In this document: piece by piece, positions 14,461-23,371 of the stretch
Position numbering within the stretch: position 1 is the stretch's first letter
How the letters are laid out: each line of letters starts with the position of its first letter
Source: a virus
Lineage: Duplodnaviria; Caudoviricetes
Virus record (IMG/VR): IMGVR_UViG_3300035561_000064
Coordinates: 1-27,731 of that record
Reading direction: 5' to 3' (one strand)
Length of the DNA: 27,731 bases
Made by a program: the position numbers and the translations under genes
Notes under the pieces: generated by a model
What the model saw: the letters and a program-made list of their open reading frames with translations, nothing else
The model's database searches: none
What the model was told of the DNA's origin: nothing

Positions 14461-14739
14461 TTATTTAAGCAGATTTTCAACAACCAGCTGGCCCTTTGTT
14501 ATGCGGTCAATTTTTTCTTCTAATTTGTGCAGTTCGGTGTGAGCGGCGTTTTCAGGTGTCTCTTCAAAAAAAATCCCGGTTCCGCTTTCGTCCATTGGGG
14601 GCAGGTTGTCGCGGACCATGGCAGTAAATTTGTAGTTTTTCTGTTTCGTTTGACCTTCCGCCGCTTCCACTGCGGTGATAATAATTTCGTTTGTAGTGTT
14701 TTTTTTAATCCAGTTCGCTACGATTTTATTGTTTTCCAT
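14461..14739 (-). CDS. 92-aa hypothetical protein (candidate anti-defence protein)
   Basis: RBS aggagg; first gene behind a near-consensus promoter; AT-rich. Confidence 0.7.
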   Translation of the reverse strand: MENNKIVANWIKKNTTNEIIITAVEAAEGQTKQKNYKFTAMVRDNLPPMDESGTGIFFEETPENAAHTELHKLEEKIDRITKGQLVVENLLK

Positions 14740-14782
14740 GACTGCCTCCTAGTTAGTGGGGTTTTCCCTCTCTGTTGGTTAT

Positions 14783-14811
14783 ACTATACCGAACGCTGTG
14801 CGGTATGTCAA
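14783..14811 (-). promoter_or_regulatory. Strong sigma70 promoter with palindromic operator in the spacer
   Basis: Minus strand TTGACA-17 bp-TATAGT; inverted repeat ataccg(14786-14791)-N9-cggtat(14801-14806). Confidence 0.85.
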
Positions 14812-14819
14812 CAAGAAAC

Positions 14820-15008
14820 ATGCAAAAAAAAGAAGAAAATCGAAAAATATTTTGCAACCAGACCATCATCATTCCCGGCACGTTTCCCCGCCCGGCCAGG
14901 TGTCAAGGGCAGCTTTACACCTACGGCACCGGACCGGACGAAGTGACCAAGTGCCAGGAGTGTGGAAGCGTCTGGTCGCTGGACAGCAAGGAAGAGACAC
15001 CATGTTAA
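14820..15008 (+). CDS. Possible small zinc-ribbon protein (start uncertain)
   Basis: C...C...CQECG pattern; weak RBS; may be a remnant whose 5' end was displaced by the inverted operon. Confidence 0.35.
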   Translation: MQKKEENRKIFCNQTIIIPGTFPRPARCQGQLYTYGTGPDEVTKCQECGSVWSLDSKEETPC

Positions 15009-15075
15009 AACTCATTCACTGGCTAATGGGCTGCAACCGCTGCCGCATCCGGGCCAGACTCAAGAGGTGGACGTA

Positions 15076-15453
15076 ATGGCTGTGGGTAGACCGCTCGTGC
15101 ATACGCCGGAAGAGGTCAAGGAACGGGCCGCCGCTTTCTTTGCCGAGTGTGACGCAAAGAAAGAGCCGTACACCATCACCGGGCTTGCCCTGGCGCTTGG
15201 TATGACCTCCCGAAAGCAGCTGATCGAATACTCGGAACGCGCAGAGTTTCGCAACACAATAAGGGACGCTAAGCTTCGGTGCGAGCAGTACGCCGAGAAA
15301 AGACTGTTCGGCACAACGCCGACCGGGGCCATCTTCGCGCTCAAAAATTACGGCTGGACCGACAAGACCGAAACCGAGATCAGCGGGCCGGGCGGCACAC
15401 CTGTTCAAATTGCCGTGCTCCCTGTGAGGCCGGTACATGAAGATCCAGATTGA
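15076..15453 (+). CDS. terS: Terminase small subunit (P22/Sf6 gp3-like)
   Basis: GRP....PEE...PYTITGLALALG..SR..L.EY...F...I..AK...E...TGAIFALKNYGW.DK.E; directly upstream of terL. Confidence 0.9.
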   Translation: MAVGRPLVHTPEEVKERAAAFFAECDAKKEPYTITGLALALGMTSRKQLIEYSERAEFRNTIRDAKLRCEQYAEKRLFGTTPTGAIFALKNYGWTDKTETEISGPGGTPVQIAVLPVRPVHEDPD

Positions 15454-16735
15454 GATCCCCGAAAAGCTCCTGTTTCTCCTGACGGAGCAGCGGCGGTACA
15501 AAGTGGCCCGCGGCGGTCGAGGTTCGGGGAAGAGTTGGACCTTTGCCCGGGCCCTGTTGACCCTGGGCGCCTCGAGGCGCATCCGTGTGCTGTGCGCTCG
15601 CGAGGTACAGAAGTCCATCAAGGACTCCGTACACAAGCTGCTGAAGGACCAGATTGACCACCTTGGCTTGAGCGGGTTTTATTCTGTTCTCGAGACGGAA
15701 ATCCGCGGCAGCAACGGGACCGAATTTGTGTTTACCGGCCTCAGCAGCCACACGGCGCACACCATCAAGTCCTTTGAAGGCGTCGATTATTGTTGGGTAG
15801 AGGAAGGGCAGACGATCAGCAAGAAGTCCTGGGACATTCTGCTACCCACCATCCGTAAGGACGGCTCCGAGATCTGGATCAGCTACAACCCGGAACTTGA
15901 GACGGACGAGACGCACCAGCGGTTCACCATGAATCCGCCGCCCGACTGCATCAACGTCATCATGAACTGGCGGGACAATCCCTGGTTCAATGACGTGCTG
16001 AACAAGGAGCGGCTGGAGTGCAAGCGCAAGCAGCCGGACGATTACGACAACATCTGGGAGGGCATGTGCCGACCGGCCGTGGAAGGGGCGATCTACTACC
16101 GGGAGATCCAGCAGGCCGAAGCCGAGGGCCGCATCTGCCCCCTGCCCTACAACCCGCTGCTCAAGGTGCATGTCGTGTTCGACTTGGGCAAAGGGGATTC
16201 TCTCTTTGTCAGCATGGTGCAGAAGCACATGAGCGCCATCATGGTCATCGACTGCATCGACGGCATCCACTACAACCTCAACACCCTGTCGGAAGATCTC
16301 AAGAGCCGACCGTACAACTGGGGCAAAGTGTTTCTGCCGCATGACGGCTTTACCACCACCATCAACGCACCGCGCAGCAGTGAGCAGATTATGCGCTCCC
16401 TGGGCTGGAACGTGGTGCCGCGAGACATGATCCGCAGCAAGGCTCTGTCGGTCGAAGAAGGCATCCGAAACGCCCGGCTGATTTTCCCGCAAACCTATTT
16501 CGACAAGGTGAAGGCGGCTCCGCTTATCGAGAGTTTGAAACGCTATCGGCGGCACGTTAACCAAAGCACCGGAGCGGCGACCGACCCGGTACACGATGAC
16601 GCATCCCATGGCGCAGATAACTTTCGGTATATCGGCTGCAACGCGGATCTCATGACCAACGACACCGAAGGCGTGTGGGATGACGATTGGGACGAGATGG
16701 ACCGCGCCGGACGCAACAGCATAGGTGGCTACTGA
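15437..16735 (+). CDS. terL: Terminase large subunit (PBSX family)
   Basis: Walker A GGRGSGKS, CAREVQKSIKDSV, WVEEGQ, SYNP, nuclease FDLG...HD..SHGADNFRY. Confidence 0.96.
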   Translation: MKIQIEIPEKLLFLLTEQRRYKVARGGRGSGKSWTFARALLTLGASRRIRVLCAREVQKSIKDSVHKLLKDQIDHLGLSGFYSVLETEIRGSNGTEFVFTGLSSHTAHTIKSFEGVDYCWVEEGQTISKKSWDILLPTIRKDGSEIWISYNPELETDETHQRFTMNPPPDCINVIMNWRDNPWFNDVLNKERLECKRKQPDDYDNIWEGMCRPAVEGAIYYREIQQAEAEGRICPLPYNPLLKVHVVFDLGKGDSLFVSMVQKHMSAIMVIDCIDGIHYNLNTLSEDLKSRPYNWGKVFLPHDGFTTTINAPRSSEQIMRSLGWNVVPRDMIRSKALSVEEGIRNARLIFPQTYFDKVKAAPLIESLKRYRRHVNQSTGAATDPVHDDASHGADNFRYIGCNADLMTNDTEGVWDDDWDEMDRAGRNSIGGY

Positions 16736-17928
16736 TGGGACTGCTCGACTTTCTACCGAAAACGAAACGCACCACGCCGGTCAGCCGGGGCGCATCGGGA
16801 ACCTGGACATCTGGGGCATCCCGGCGCTTTGTACCCATGGCTCCACTACCCGCTTCCGTGCGTCCGTCTGATGGGTACGTTGAGCGCAACCCGATGGTTG
16901 ACCCTACCGATTGGCTGGCCGGAGGCTTGGCCGTTTTGCCGAAGGTGGGCTTGCGGGCCGCTGCCGGGTCCATCCCGCTGGATGCTATCGGCTCATTTGC
17001 CGCCGACCGGGTTATGCCCTGGGTTGAAGATGTGCCGGTATTGAGCGTGATCGCACCGATTGCCGCCTCGGTAGCGACCGGCTACGGGGTGCGCGGAGCC
17101 ATGGACGACATCGCCAGGGCCGGAGGGCCGCTTCGTGCCGCCCGCAACAGCCGCTTGGCCGATCAGCGCGGATCGTTTGTGGTGGGCGACGGGCAGACCG
17201 CGTTGAGTGCGGGGGCAAGTTCTGGTAATATTGAAGGTATGGAAAAATACGCCATACCACCAATTTTGAGCGGATTTTCTGTCTCCGCCGACAGCCCTCT
17301 AGTGCTTTATCACGGAAGCGAAGGCGGGCTTAGGGGGGGGAAGTTCGACCTTGATCTTGTTGGGAGAAAAAGGGGCCACACCGAGGGATGGGGGGCATAT
17401 TGGGCGACAGATGAACGAAACGCTAGGAAGTTCGGCAAAAAAATAGATCGTCTAGAGGTGAGTGATGCGAATGTTGACTCGCTTCTTGATTTCGGTGCCA
17501 GACTAGACCAACAAACACCCTACGTCCAAGACCAGTTGAAAAGAATGCTCGCGGGGCGCGAGGATGATTTTTTCCAAAACGCGATTGCTTGGGGTCAGCG
17601 GCAAGGAAGGCTCATCGGAGGTGCTGGCCGCAGTGTGGCAAATGAAGTCATCAAACTCGCCAAAACCCCGACAGAACTCAGGGCATATTTAGATACCTTG
17701 GGCTTCGAGGGCAAGCTGATCGCCAAAGAGATTTTTGGCGTGGAAAACCCGACAGGCGCAGAACTTTACAGGTATTTAACAAACCAAAAAAGCGGGTATG
17801 AAAGGGCAGCTTCAAGCTATCTGTGGGATTGGGGCATACCTGGCGCTGTTTTTAGTTCAAACAAAGACCTACACTCGGTTGTTCCAGCACCAAACGCTTT
17901 AATTTGGGCCAAAGAACTTTTAGAGTAG
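16735..17928 (+). CDS. Putative virion-injected protein with ART-PolyVal-like ADP-ribosyltransferase domain
   Basis: TGATG coupling to terL; Ala/Gly-rich N-part; C-part YHGS...FD....G...GWGAYWA...A..F...LLDF...L.QQ...LY..L...AS..L...GIPG as in polyvalent-protein ART-like domains. Confidence 0.65.
   Translation: MGLLDFLPKTKRTTPVSRGASGTWTSGASRRFVPMAPLPASVRPSDGYVERNPMVDPTDWLAGGLAVLPKVGLRAAAGSIPLDAIGSFAADRVMPWVEDVPVLSVIAPIAASVATGYGVRGAMDDIARAGGPLRAARNSRLADQRGSFVVGDGQTALSAGASSGNIEGMEKYAIPPILSGFSVSADSPLVLYHGSEGGLRGGKFDLDLVGRKRGHTEGWGAYWATDERNARKFGKKIDRLEVSDANVDSLLDFGARLDQQTPYVQDQLKRMLAGREDDFFQNAIAWGQRQGRLIGGAGRSVANEVIKLAKTPTELRAYLDTLGFEGKLIAKEIFGVENPTGAELYRYLTNQKSGYERAASSYLWDWGIPGAVFSSNKDLHSVVPAPNALIWAKELLE
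17203..17241 (+). promoter_or_regulatory. Possible internal promoter and in-frame ATG for the ART-like domain
   Basis: TTGAGT(17203-17208)-17 bp-TAATAT(17226-17231) with extended TG; in-frame ATG at 17239. Confidence 0.5.
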
Positions 17929-17954
17929 GACTCACGGAAAAAGCACAGAAACAC

Positions 17955-17982
17955 AAGCCCTGCCCTTTGGTGGGGCTTTTTT
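17955..17982 (+). terminator. Intrinsic terminator between the ART-like gene and portal
   Basis: Stem aagccctgcc/ggtggggctt (with G-U pairs) and T6 run. Confidence 0.75.
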
Positions 17983-18004
17983 GTTATCAACCAAAGGCCA
18001 ACGC

Positions 18005-20155
18005 ATGTCCATCAAATATCTGCTCGAAATAGCCGACGCCGCCAACCTGTGCGACCGACTGACGGAAGATCAACTTTCGGAGATCGCCACCCGCTGCTGT
18101 GAGGACTTCGACAGCGATTGGAACAGCCTGACCGAATGGCGGGAGCGCAGCCAGAAGGCCATCGACCTGGCCAAGCAAGTTGTGGAGGAAAAGAACTTCC
18201 CCTGGGAGAACGCGGCCAACGTCAAATTTCCGCTGCTCACCGAGGCCGCCATCCAATTCAACGCCCGCGCCTACCCGGAAATCGTCAAGAGCGGCGAGGT
18301 GGTCAAGGCCCGCATGGTCGGACGAGGCAGCGACGAAAAGGACGCCAAAGGCAAACGGATTGCCCGGCACATGTCCTGGCAGCTGACCGAAGAGATGGAG
18401 GAATGGGAAGAGAGCATGGACAAGCTGCTCCTGGCCCTGCCCATCGTCGGGACTGCCTTTAAAAAGACCTACTTCGACACCACTTTGCAACGCAACGTCT
18501 CCGAGTGGATTCAGGCGGAGAACGTGGTTTATCCCTACAAGTGCAGCTTTGCCAAGACCCCGCGCATTACCCATCTGTTGGAGATGTACCCGCAGGAGAT
18601 CGAGGAACGCAAGCGGGCCGGGATATTCCGCGACGTGGATCTGGGCTTGGGCCAGGACATCGAAAAGGACGCACCGCAAGAGGTTTTGGAGCAGCACCGC
18701 CTCCTAGATCTGGACGAGGACGGATACAAAGAGCCGTATGTGGTCACGGTCCACCGGGAGAGCAAACAGGTGTTGCGCGTCGTGCCACGTTTTGACGTGG
18801 TCAATATCATGGTGCGCTATGACGGCCAGGAGATGACCCTGGGCCGCATCGAGCAGATGATCGAAGAGGCCAGGGAGCACGCCCGCAACATCCTTATGCA
18901 GTACGAGCAGCAGGCCCGCGGCATGATGGAGCAAGGGATGATGCCGCCCGCACCGCCTGAACTGGACATCCCTGAGTTTGAGCCGAAAAAGGCCAAGTTG
19001 GTGCGCATCACGCCGACGCAATACTTTACCAAATTCGGCATGATTCCGTCACCGGACGGGGCCGGGTACGACATCGGGCTAGGTCACTTGCTGTTCGGCA
19101 TTTCCAACGCCGTCGATACGCTCACCAATCAACTATTGGACGCCGGAACCCTGGCCAACATGCAGGGCGGGTTCATTTCTCGCGGCCTCAAGGTTCGCTC
19201 CGGCAACGTGCGCATGACGCCGGGGCAGTGGATACCCACCGAGAACACCAGCGGCGGCAGCCTGCGGGACGCCATCGTGCCGATGAACTACCCCGGACCG
19301 AACGTGGCGCTGCTGAATCTGCTGACCTTCCTGGTGGAAGCCGGAAAGAGCATTTCGTCGGTCAAGGACATCCTGACCGGCAAGCAGGGGATGAACGAAA
19401 CCGCCACTACCACCCTAGCCCGCATCGAGCAGGGCATGATGGTTTTTAGCGCCATCTACAAGCGGATTTACCGCAGTCTCAAGCAGGAATTTAAGAAGCT
19501 GTACGAACTGAACCGGAAGTATTTGCCGGACCAGGTGTATTTCCGCGTTTTGGACGAAGAGGAAGCCGTCGCCCGCAACGATTACGACGAAAGCCTGGAT
19601 GTAGTGCCGGTCGCTGATCCGGGCCTGTCTACCGCCGCGCAACGTATGGCGCAGAGTCAAGCACTCATGGCCATGAACGGCGACCCGATGATCAACCAAC
19701 AGGAGATCCGCAAGCGGTATCTGGAAAGCCTGGGCATCGACAACATCGAAAGTCTGATGGTCGAACCGCCGCAGCAAGGCCCGGACCCGATGATGGTCCG
19801 GGAGATGGAGATCCGGGAAAGGGAGTTGCAGCTCAAGGCCGCCGAGTTTGAGGCCAAAGTCGAAAAACAGAAAGCCGAGATCGCCAAACTTCACGCCGAC
19901 GCCATCAAAGCGATAGCCGACGCCGAAGCCAAGGAAGCTGGAACCCAGATAGAGGCCTACAAAACGCAACTGGACACACTAAGGAGCATCTATGACCGAG
20001 CAGGAGTACCATCAGGACCCACTGACGGCGGAGGAATTTCGCCTGTGGAAGGACAGCCGGACTACCCGCAAGATTTACCACCTGTTGAGCCGCCACCAGG
20101 AGAGCTACAAGCGCAGCCTGATTTCGGGATGCTTGCTGAACCTGAACAGTTCTGA
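18005..20155 (+). CDS. Portal protein (P22-like podovirus type)
   Basis: FPWENAANVKFPLLTEAAIQF.ARAY.E, GTAFKK.YFD, LDLDEDG..EPY.VT, NQLLDAGTLAN, coiled-coil barrel and Q/P-rich tail; position after terL. Confidence 0.9.
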   Translation: MSIKYLLEIADAANLCDRLTEDQLSEIATRCCEDFDSDWNSLTEWRERSQKAIDLAKQVVEEKNFPWENAANVKFPLLTEAAIQFNARAYPEIVKSGEVVKARMVGRGSDEKDAKGKRIARHMSWQLTEEMEEWEESMDKLLLALPIVGTAFKKTYFDTTLQRNVSEWIQAENVVYPYKCSFAKTPRITHLLEMYPQEIEERKRAGIFRDVDLGLGQDIEKDAPQEVLEQHRLLDLDEDGYKEPYVVTVHRESKQVLRVVPRFDVVNIMVRYDGQEMTLGRIEQMIEEAREHARNILMQYEQQARGMMEQGMMPPAPPELDIPEFEPKKAKLVRITPTQYFTKFGMIPSPDGAGYDIGLGHLLFGISNAVDTLTNQLLDAGTLANMQGGFISRGLKVRSGNVRMTPGQWIPTENTSGGSLRDAIVPMNYPGPNVALLNLLTFLVEAGKSISSVKDILTGKQGMNETATTTLARIEQGMMVFSAIYKRIYRSLKQEFKKLYELNRKYLPDQVYFRVLDEEEAVARNDYDESLDVVPVADPGLSTAAQRMAQSQALMAMNGDPMINQQEIRKRYLESLGIDNIESLMVEPPQQGPDPMMVREMEIRERELQLKAAEFEAKVEKQKAEIAKLHADAIKAIADAEAKEAGTQIEAYKTQLDTLRSIYDRAGVPSGPTDGGGISPVEGQPDYPQDLPPVEPPPGELQAQPDFGMLAEPEQF

Positions 20156-20243
20156 CGCCACCGCCATGGCCACCGCCCGCACCGTGGGCATCGTCGAGGG
20201 CATGGATAAGTTTCTCGACATGGAGGTGGCCGACCATGATTGA
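19992..20243 (+). CDS. Small conserved post-portal protein, overlapping the portal 3' end
   Basis: RBS aaggag (19981-19986); 'T.EEF..WK....T' pattern; overlaps the start of groES. Confidence 0.7.
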   Translation: MTEQEYHQDPLTAEEFRLWKDSRTTRKIYHLLSRHQESYKRSLISGCLLNLNSSDATAMATARTVGIVEGMDKFLDMEVADHD

Positions 20244-20526
20244 GCCGGTCGAATACAAGGTGTTGGTCCTGCCTGAAGTCGTGGAGAGCAAGACCGAAGG
20301 CGGAATCTATCTGCCGGAGCAGGCCAAGGAGAAGAATCAGATCGCCCAGTGCAAGGCGCAAGTGATCGCCATCGGCGGCAACGCGTTTGAGGAATGGAAA
20401 GGGGCCATCCCGCAGGTCGGGGACACCGTGTATATCGCCAAGTATGCCGGGTATCTCATCGACAAGGACGGACAACAGTATCGGCTGATCAATGACAAGG
20501 ATATTGCAGCCATCGAGAGAGGGTAA
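20236..20526 (+). CDS. groES: Phage co-chaperonin GroES-like
   Basis: IEPV..KVLV....VESKTEGGIYLP...V.AIG...VGD.V...KYAG......YRLIND.DI.A. Confidence 0.9.
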   Translation: MIEPVEYKVLVLPEVVESKTEGGIYLPEQAKEKNQIAQCKAQVIAIGGNAFEEWKGAIPQVGDTVYIAKYAGYLIDKDGQQYRLINDKDIAAIERG

Positions 20527-20529
20527 GCC

Positions 20530-21306
20530 ATGAGTGAAGAGATCCAGGTAGGGCAACAGACCGACATCCCGGACGTGGAAGCCGCCGCCCGCGCTCAAGG
20601 ATGGGTACCGCAGGACGAGTTTGCCGGCGACCCGGAGAAATGGCGCAGCGCCGAGGAATTTGTCGAGCGCGGCAAGCAGATTACGCCGATTTTGCGGGAG
20701 CGTAACGAAAAGCTGGTCAAGGACATCGAGCGCCTTAACGCCAAGCTCGAAACGCAGGGGCAGGCCGTTCAGGAACTGATTCAGTTTTTCAGCAAGAGCG
20801 AACAACGCGCCTATCAAAAAGCCTTCAATGAGTTGAAGGGCAAACAGCGCGAAGCCGTCGAGTTGGGCGATACCGCCGCTTACGAGGCCGCCGAGCGGGA
20901 AATGGCCGAACTGTTCAAGGAGCCGCCGCCGTCTCCGAAGAAGCCGGAAAACCAGCCGCCGCCTGAGTATTTTGACTTCATGGAGGCGAACCCCTGGTAC
21001 ACCAAAGACCCGGAGTTGAGCGAATACGCCGATTTCGTGGGACAGCGGCTGGTCGGCAAGGCGAAGAGCAACAAGGAATTCTACGACACCGTAGCGCAGA
21101 CCGTGCGGGCGCGGTTTCCGGAGAAGTTCGAGAACAAAAAGCGGGACGTTCCGCAGAGCGTGGAGGGTGCAGGCAGCCCCCCGAAGGCCAAGGGGCGCGG
21201 CTATAACGACCTGCCCGCCGACGCCAAAGCGCAGTGTGACCGCTTTATGAAGGAGATCCCCGGATTCACAAGGGAAGAATACATCAAGCATTTTCAGTGG
21301 GACTGA
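20530..21306 (+). CDS. Putative capsid scaffolding protein
   Basis: AR.QGW.P.DEF.GDPEKW.SAEEFV, coiled coil, F...NPWY, C-terminal 'DLP..AK...D.F.....T.EEY.K'; position upstream of the capsid genes. Confidence 0.75.
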   Translation: MSEEIQVGQQTDIPDVEAAARAQGWVPQDEFAGDPEKWRSAEEFVERGKQITPILRERNEKLVKDIERLNAKLETQGQAVQELIQFFSKSEQRAYQKAFNELKGKQREAVELGDTAAYEAAEREMAELFKEPPPSPKKPENQPPPEYFDFMEANPWYTKDPELSEYADFVGQRLVGKAKSNKEFYDTVAQTVRARFPEKFENKKRDVPQSVEGAGSPPKAKGRGYNDLPADAKAQCDRFMKEIPGFTREEYIKHFQWD

Positions 21307-21320
21307 ATAGGAGATAAAGC

Positions 21321-21764
21321 ATGGCCAGGAGCAAAGCAGATCGCAAAGAGCGCATCCCCTTGGGCAACGTGCGGGCCAAGATGACCGTCGATGACGGCAC
21401 CCGCGACAAATACCAGGGCAAGCGCCTGAGATGGGTCAACGATACCGCTGATGGACGGCTGCAAAATGCCGAGTTGGGCGGTTACGAATTCGTCACCGCA
21501 GACGGCACCGAACGGATTGGAGAAGGCAGCAACGGCAATTCGGACCTTGGCAGCCGGGTTAGCCGCATCGTCGGCACCAAAGAGGACGGCCAGCCCATGC
21601 GGGCCTACCTCATGGCGATTGACGAAGATCTGTACCAGGAAGATCAGGCCGAAAAACAGAAGGAAGTGGACCAGATCGACACGCACATCCGTTCCGGGGC
21701 CATAGGCGGCACCAAGCCGGGCCAGGACGGGCGATATGTGAAGGACATCAACTACAAGCCCTGA
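21321..21764 (+). CDS. Conserved head-region hypothetical protein
   Basis: RWVND..DGRL..A..GGYEFV...AYLM.I...Y.EDQ; RBS aggag. Confidence 0.75.
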   Translation: MARSKADRKERIPLGNVRAKMTVDDGTRDKYQGKRLRWVNDTADGRLQNAELGGYEFVTADGTERIGEGSNGNSDLGSRVSRIVGTKEDGQPMRAYLMAIDEDLYQEDQAEKQKEVDQIDTHIRSGAIGGTKPGQDGRYVKDINYKP

Positions 21765-21787
21765 CTTTAGGGCAAACCATCGACAAC

Positions 21788-21816
21788 AAGGGGCTTTGCG
21801 GCCCCTTTTCTTTTTG
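21788..21816 (+). terminator. Hairpin plus T-rich run (terminator/attenuator)
   Basis: aaggggc-tttgcg-gcccctt followed by ttcttttt. Confidence 0.6.
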
Positions 21817-21827
21817 GAGCATTCATC

Positions 21828-22397
21828 ATGGCAAATTCCGATACCCCGAAGGGCTTGATTCCGGTCAAGTATCTCAACGGGCAGCCCTACACCGGCAAAT
21901 GTGGCCGGTATTACATCCCCGCAACGGACAACACCGCCGTCCATATTGGCGATCTGGTCAAGCTGGCCGGTTCTGCCGATGCTCGTGGCGTGCCGACCGT
22001 CACCATCGCCGCAGCCACCAACGTGGTCGTGGGGGCCGTGGTGGGCGTGGAGCCGGTCACTGCCGACTCCACCCCCTACCGCGCCGCTTCGACCGCCCGT
22101 TATGTCTACGTGGCCGACGATCCCGAACTGCTGTTCGAGATCCAGGAGGACAGCGTAGGCGGCGCTCTGGCAGCGACTTCGGTCGGCCTCAACTGCAACG
22201 TGGCCGTCGCTGCCGGGTCCAACACCACCGGCTTTTCCGCCACCGAACTGGATTCCAGCACTGCCGCCACCACCGCCACCCTCGACTGCCAGATCGTTCG
22301 TCTCGCGGATCGGGAGGATAACGAGATTGGCATCAACGCCAAGTGGCTCGTCAAACTGAACAACCATCAATACGTTGATGGCACTACTGGCCTGTAA
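21828..22397 (+). CDS. Capsid decoration/cement-like protein
   Basis: MAN.D.P.GL.PV...I.IGDLV...VADDP..LFEIQ...V..NNH; directly upstream of the major capsid gene. Confidence 0.7.
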   Translation: MANSDTPKGLIPVKYLNGQPYTGKCGRYYIPATDNTAVHIGDLVKLAGSADARGVPTVTIAAATNVVVGAVVGVEPVTADSTPYRAASTARYVYVADDPELLFEIQEDSVGGALAATSVGLNCNVAVAAGSNTTGFSATELDSSTAATTATLDCQIVRLADREDNEIGINAKWLVKLNNHQYVDGTTGL

Positions 22398-22408
22398 GGA
22401 GTAACGAC

Positions 22409-23317
22409 ATGGGCGTAATTTATACCAGCAACCACCCCAAAGCACTCTGGCCGGGCATTAAAGCATGGTTTGGCCGGACTTACGACGAGCACCGGGAAGA
22501 ATACAGCCAGATTTTCGACCGGGATTCGTCCAACAAATCGTACGAAGAACGCGTTGAACTGACCGGATTCGGGCTGGCCCCGGTCAAGAGCCAGGGCGAC
22601 AGCGTTTCCTACGACTCCGAAACGCAAGGCACCATCTCCCGACTGACCAACGTCACCTATGCCCTGGGCTATGTCGTGACCATGGAGGAATTGCAAGACA
22701 ACCTTTATGAAATGGTCAGCAAGCGTCGGGCCAAGGCGTTGGCGTTCTCCATGCGCCAGACGAAAGAAACCGTGGCCGCCAACGTGCTGAATCGGGCCTT
22801 CACCAGCACCTACACCGGGGGCGACGGCAAGGAACTGCTGGCCACCGACCACCCGACCTTGAGCGGCACCCAGAGCAACGAATTGGCCGTAGCCGCCGAC
22901 CTCAGCGAAGCGTCCCTCGAAGATCTGATGATTCAGATCATGCAGGCGCAGAACAGCCGGGGCCTGCGAATTGCTTTGCAGGGCGAAAAGCTCATCGTTC
23001 CCCCGGCCCTGTACTTCGAGGCCAACCGCATCCTCAAGTCCACCTTGCAGGGCGACACCGCCAACAACGCCATCAACGCACTGAAGGCGACCAACGCCCT
23101 GCCTGGCGGCATCGTGGTCAACCACTACCTGACCGACTCCGACGCCTGGTTTGTCAAGACCAACTGCCCGGAAGGGTTGATCTTCCAGGAGCGCATGGCG
23201 ATGGAGTTCGAGCAGGACAACGACTTCGACACCAAGAACGCCAAGGCCGCCGCCGTGGAACGCTATGCGGTCGGCTGGTGCGACTGGCGCGCCCTGTACG
23301 GTTCTCCTGGCGCATAA
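22409..23317 (+). CDS. Major capsid protein (Mu gpT-like family, HK97 fold)
   Basis: LWPGIKAWFG..Y, S.KSYEE....GFG.A..K..G....YD, TKE..AANVLN.AF, DGK.L.A.DHP, LIVPP.L...A..IL.S, YLTD.DAWF, ERY..GW.DWR..YGS.G. Confidence 0.9.
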   Translation: MGVIYTSNHPKALWPGIKAWFGRTYDEHREEYSQIFDRDSSNKSYEERVELTGFGLAPVKSQGDSVSYDSETQGTISRLTNVTYALGYVVTMEELQDNLYEMVSKRRAKALAFSMRQTKETVAANVLNRAFTSTYTGGDGKELLATDHPTLSGTQSNELAVAADLSEASLEDLMIQIMQAQNSRGLRIALQGEKLIVPPALYFEANRILKSTLQGDTANNAINALKATNALPGGIVVNHYLTDSDAWFVKTNCPEGLIFQERMAMEFEQDNDFDTKNAKAAAVERYAVGWCDWRALYGSPGA

Positions 23318-23332
23318 CCTTTAACCTTTGTG

Positions 23333-23348
23333 GGGGGCTTCGGCCCCC
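23333..23348 (+). repeat. cUUCGg hairpin, copy 1
   Basis: gggggcttcggccccc is identical to 24308-24323; no U-tract follows. Confidence 0.8.
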
Positions 23349-23371
23349 TGCTCCCCTTGGAGTGCAAAGAC

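Noticed and set aside
20062-22445. Long minus-strand ORFs (409 aa, 383 aa) and similar ones opposite ssb, helicase, terL, portal and capsid
   Set aside because: Antisense shadows expected from GC-rich codon usage of well-supported plus-strand genes.
23318-23371. Mu-gpT-DE RNA motif downstream of the gpT-like capsid gene
   Set aside because: The spacer is only 54 nt with simple hairpins; I cannot match it to that motif without a covariance-model search.
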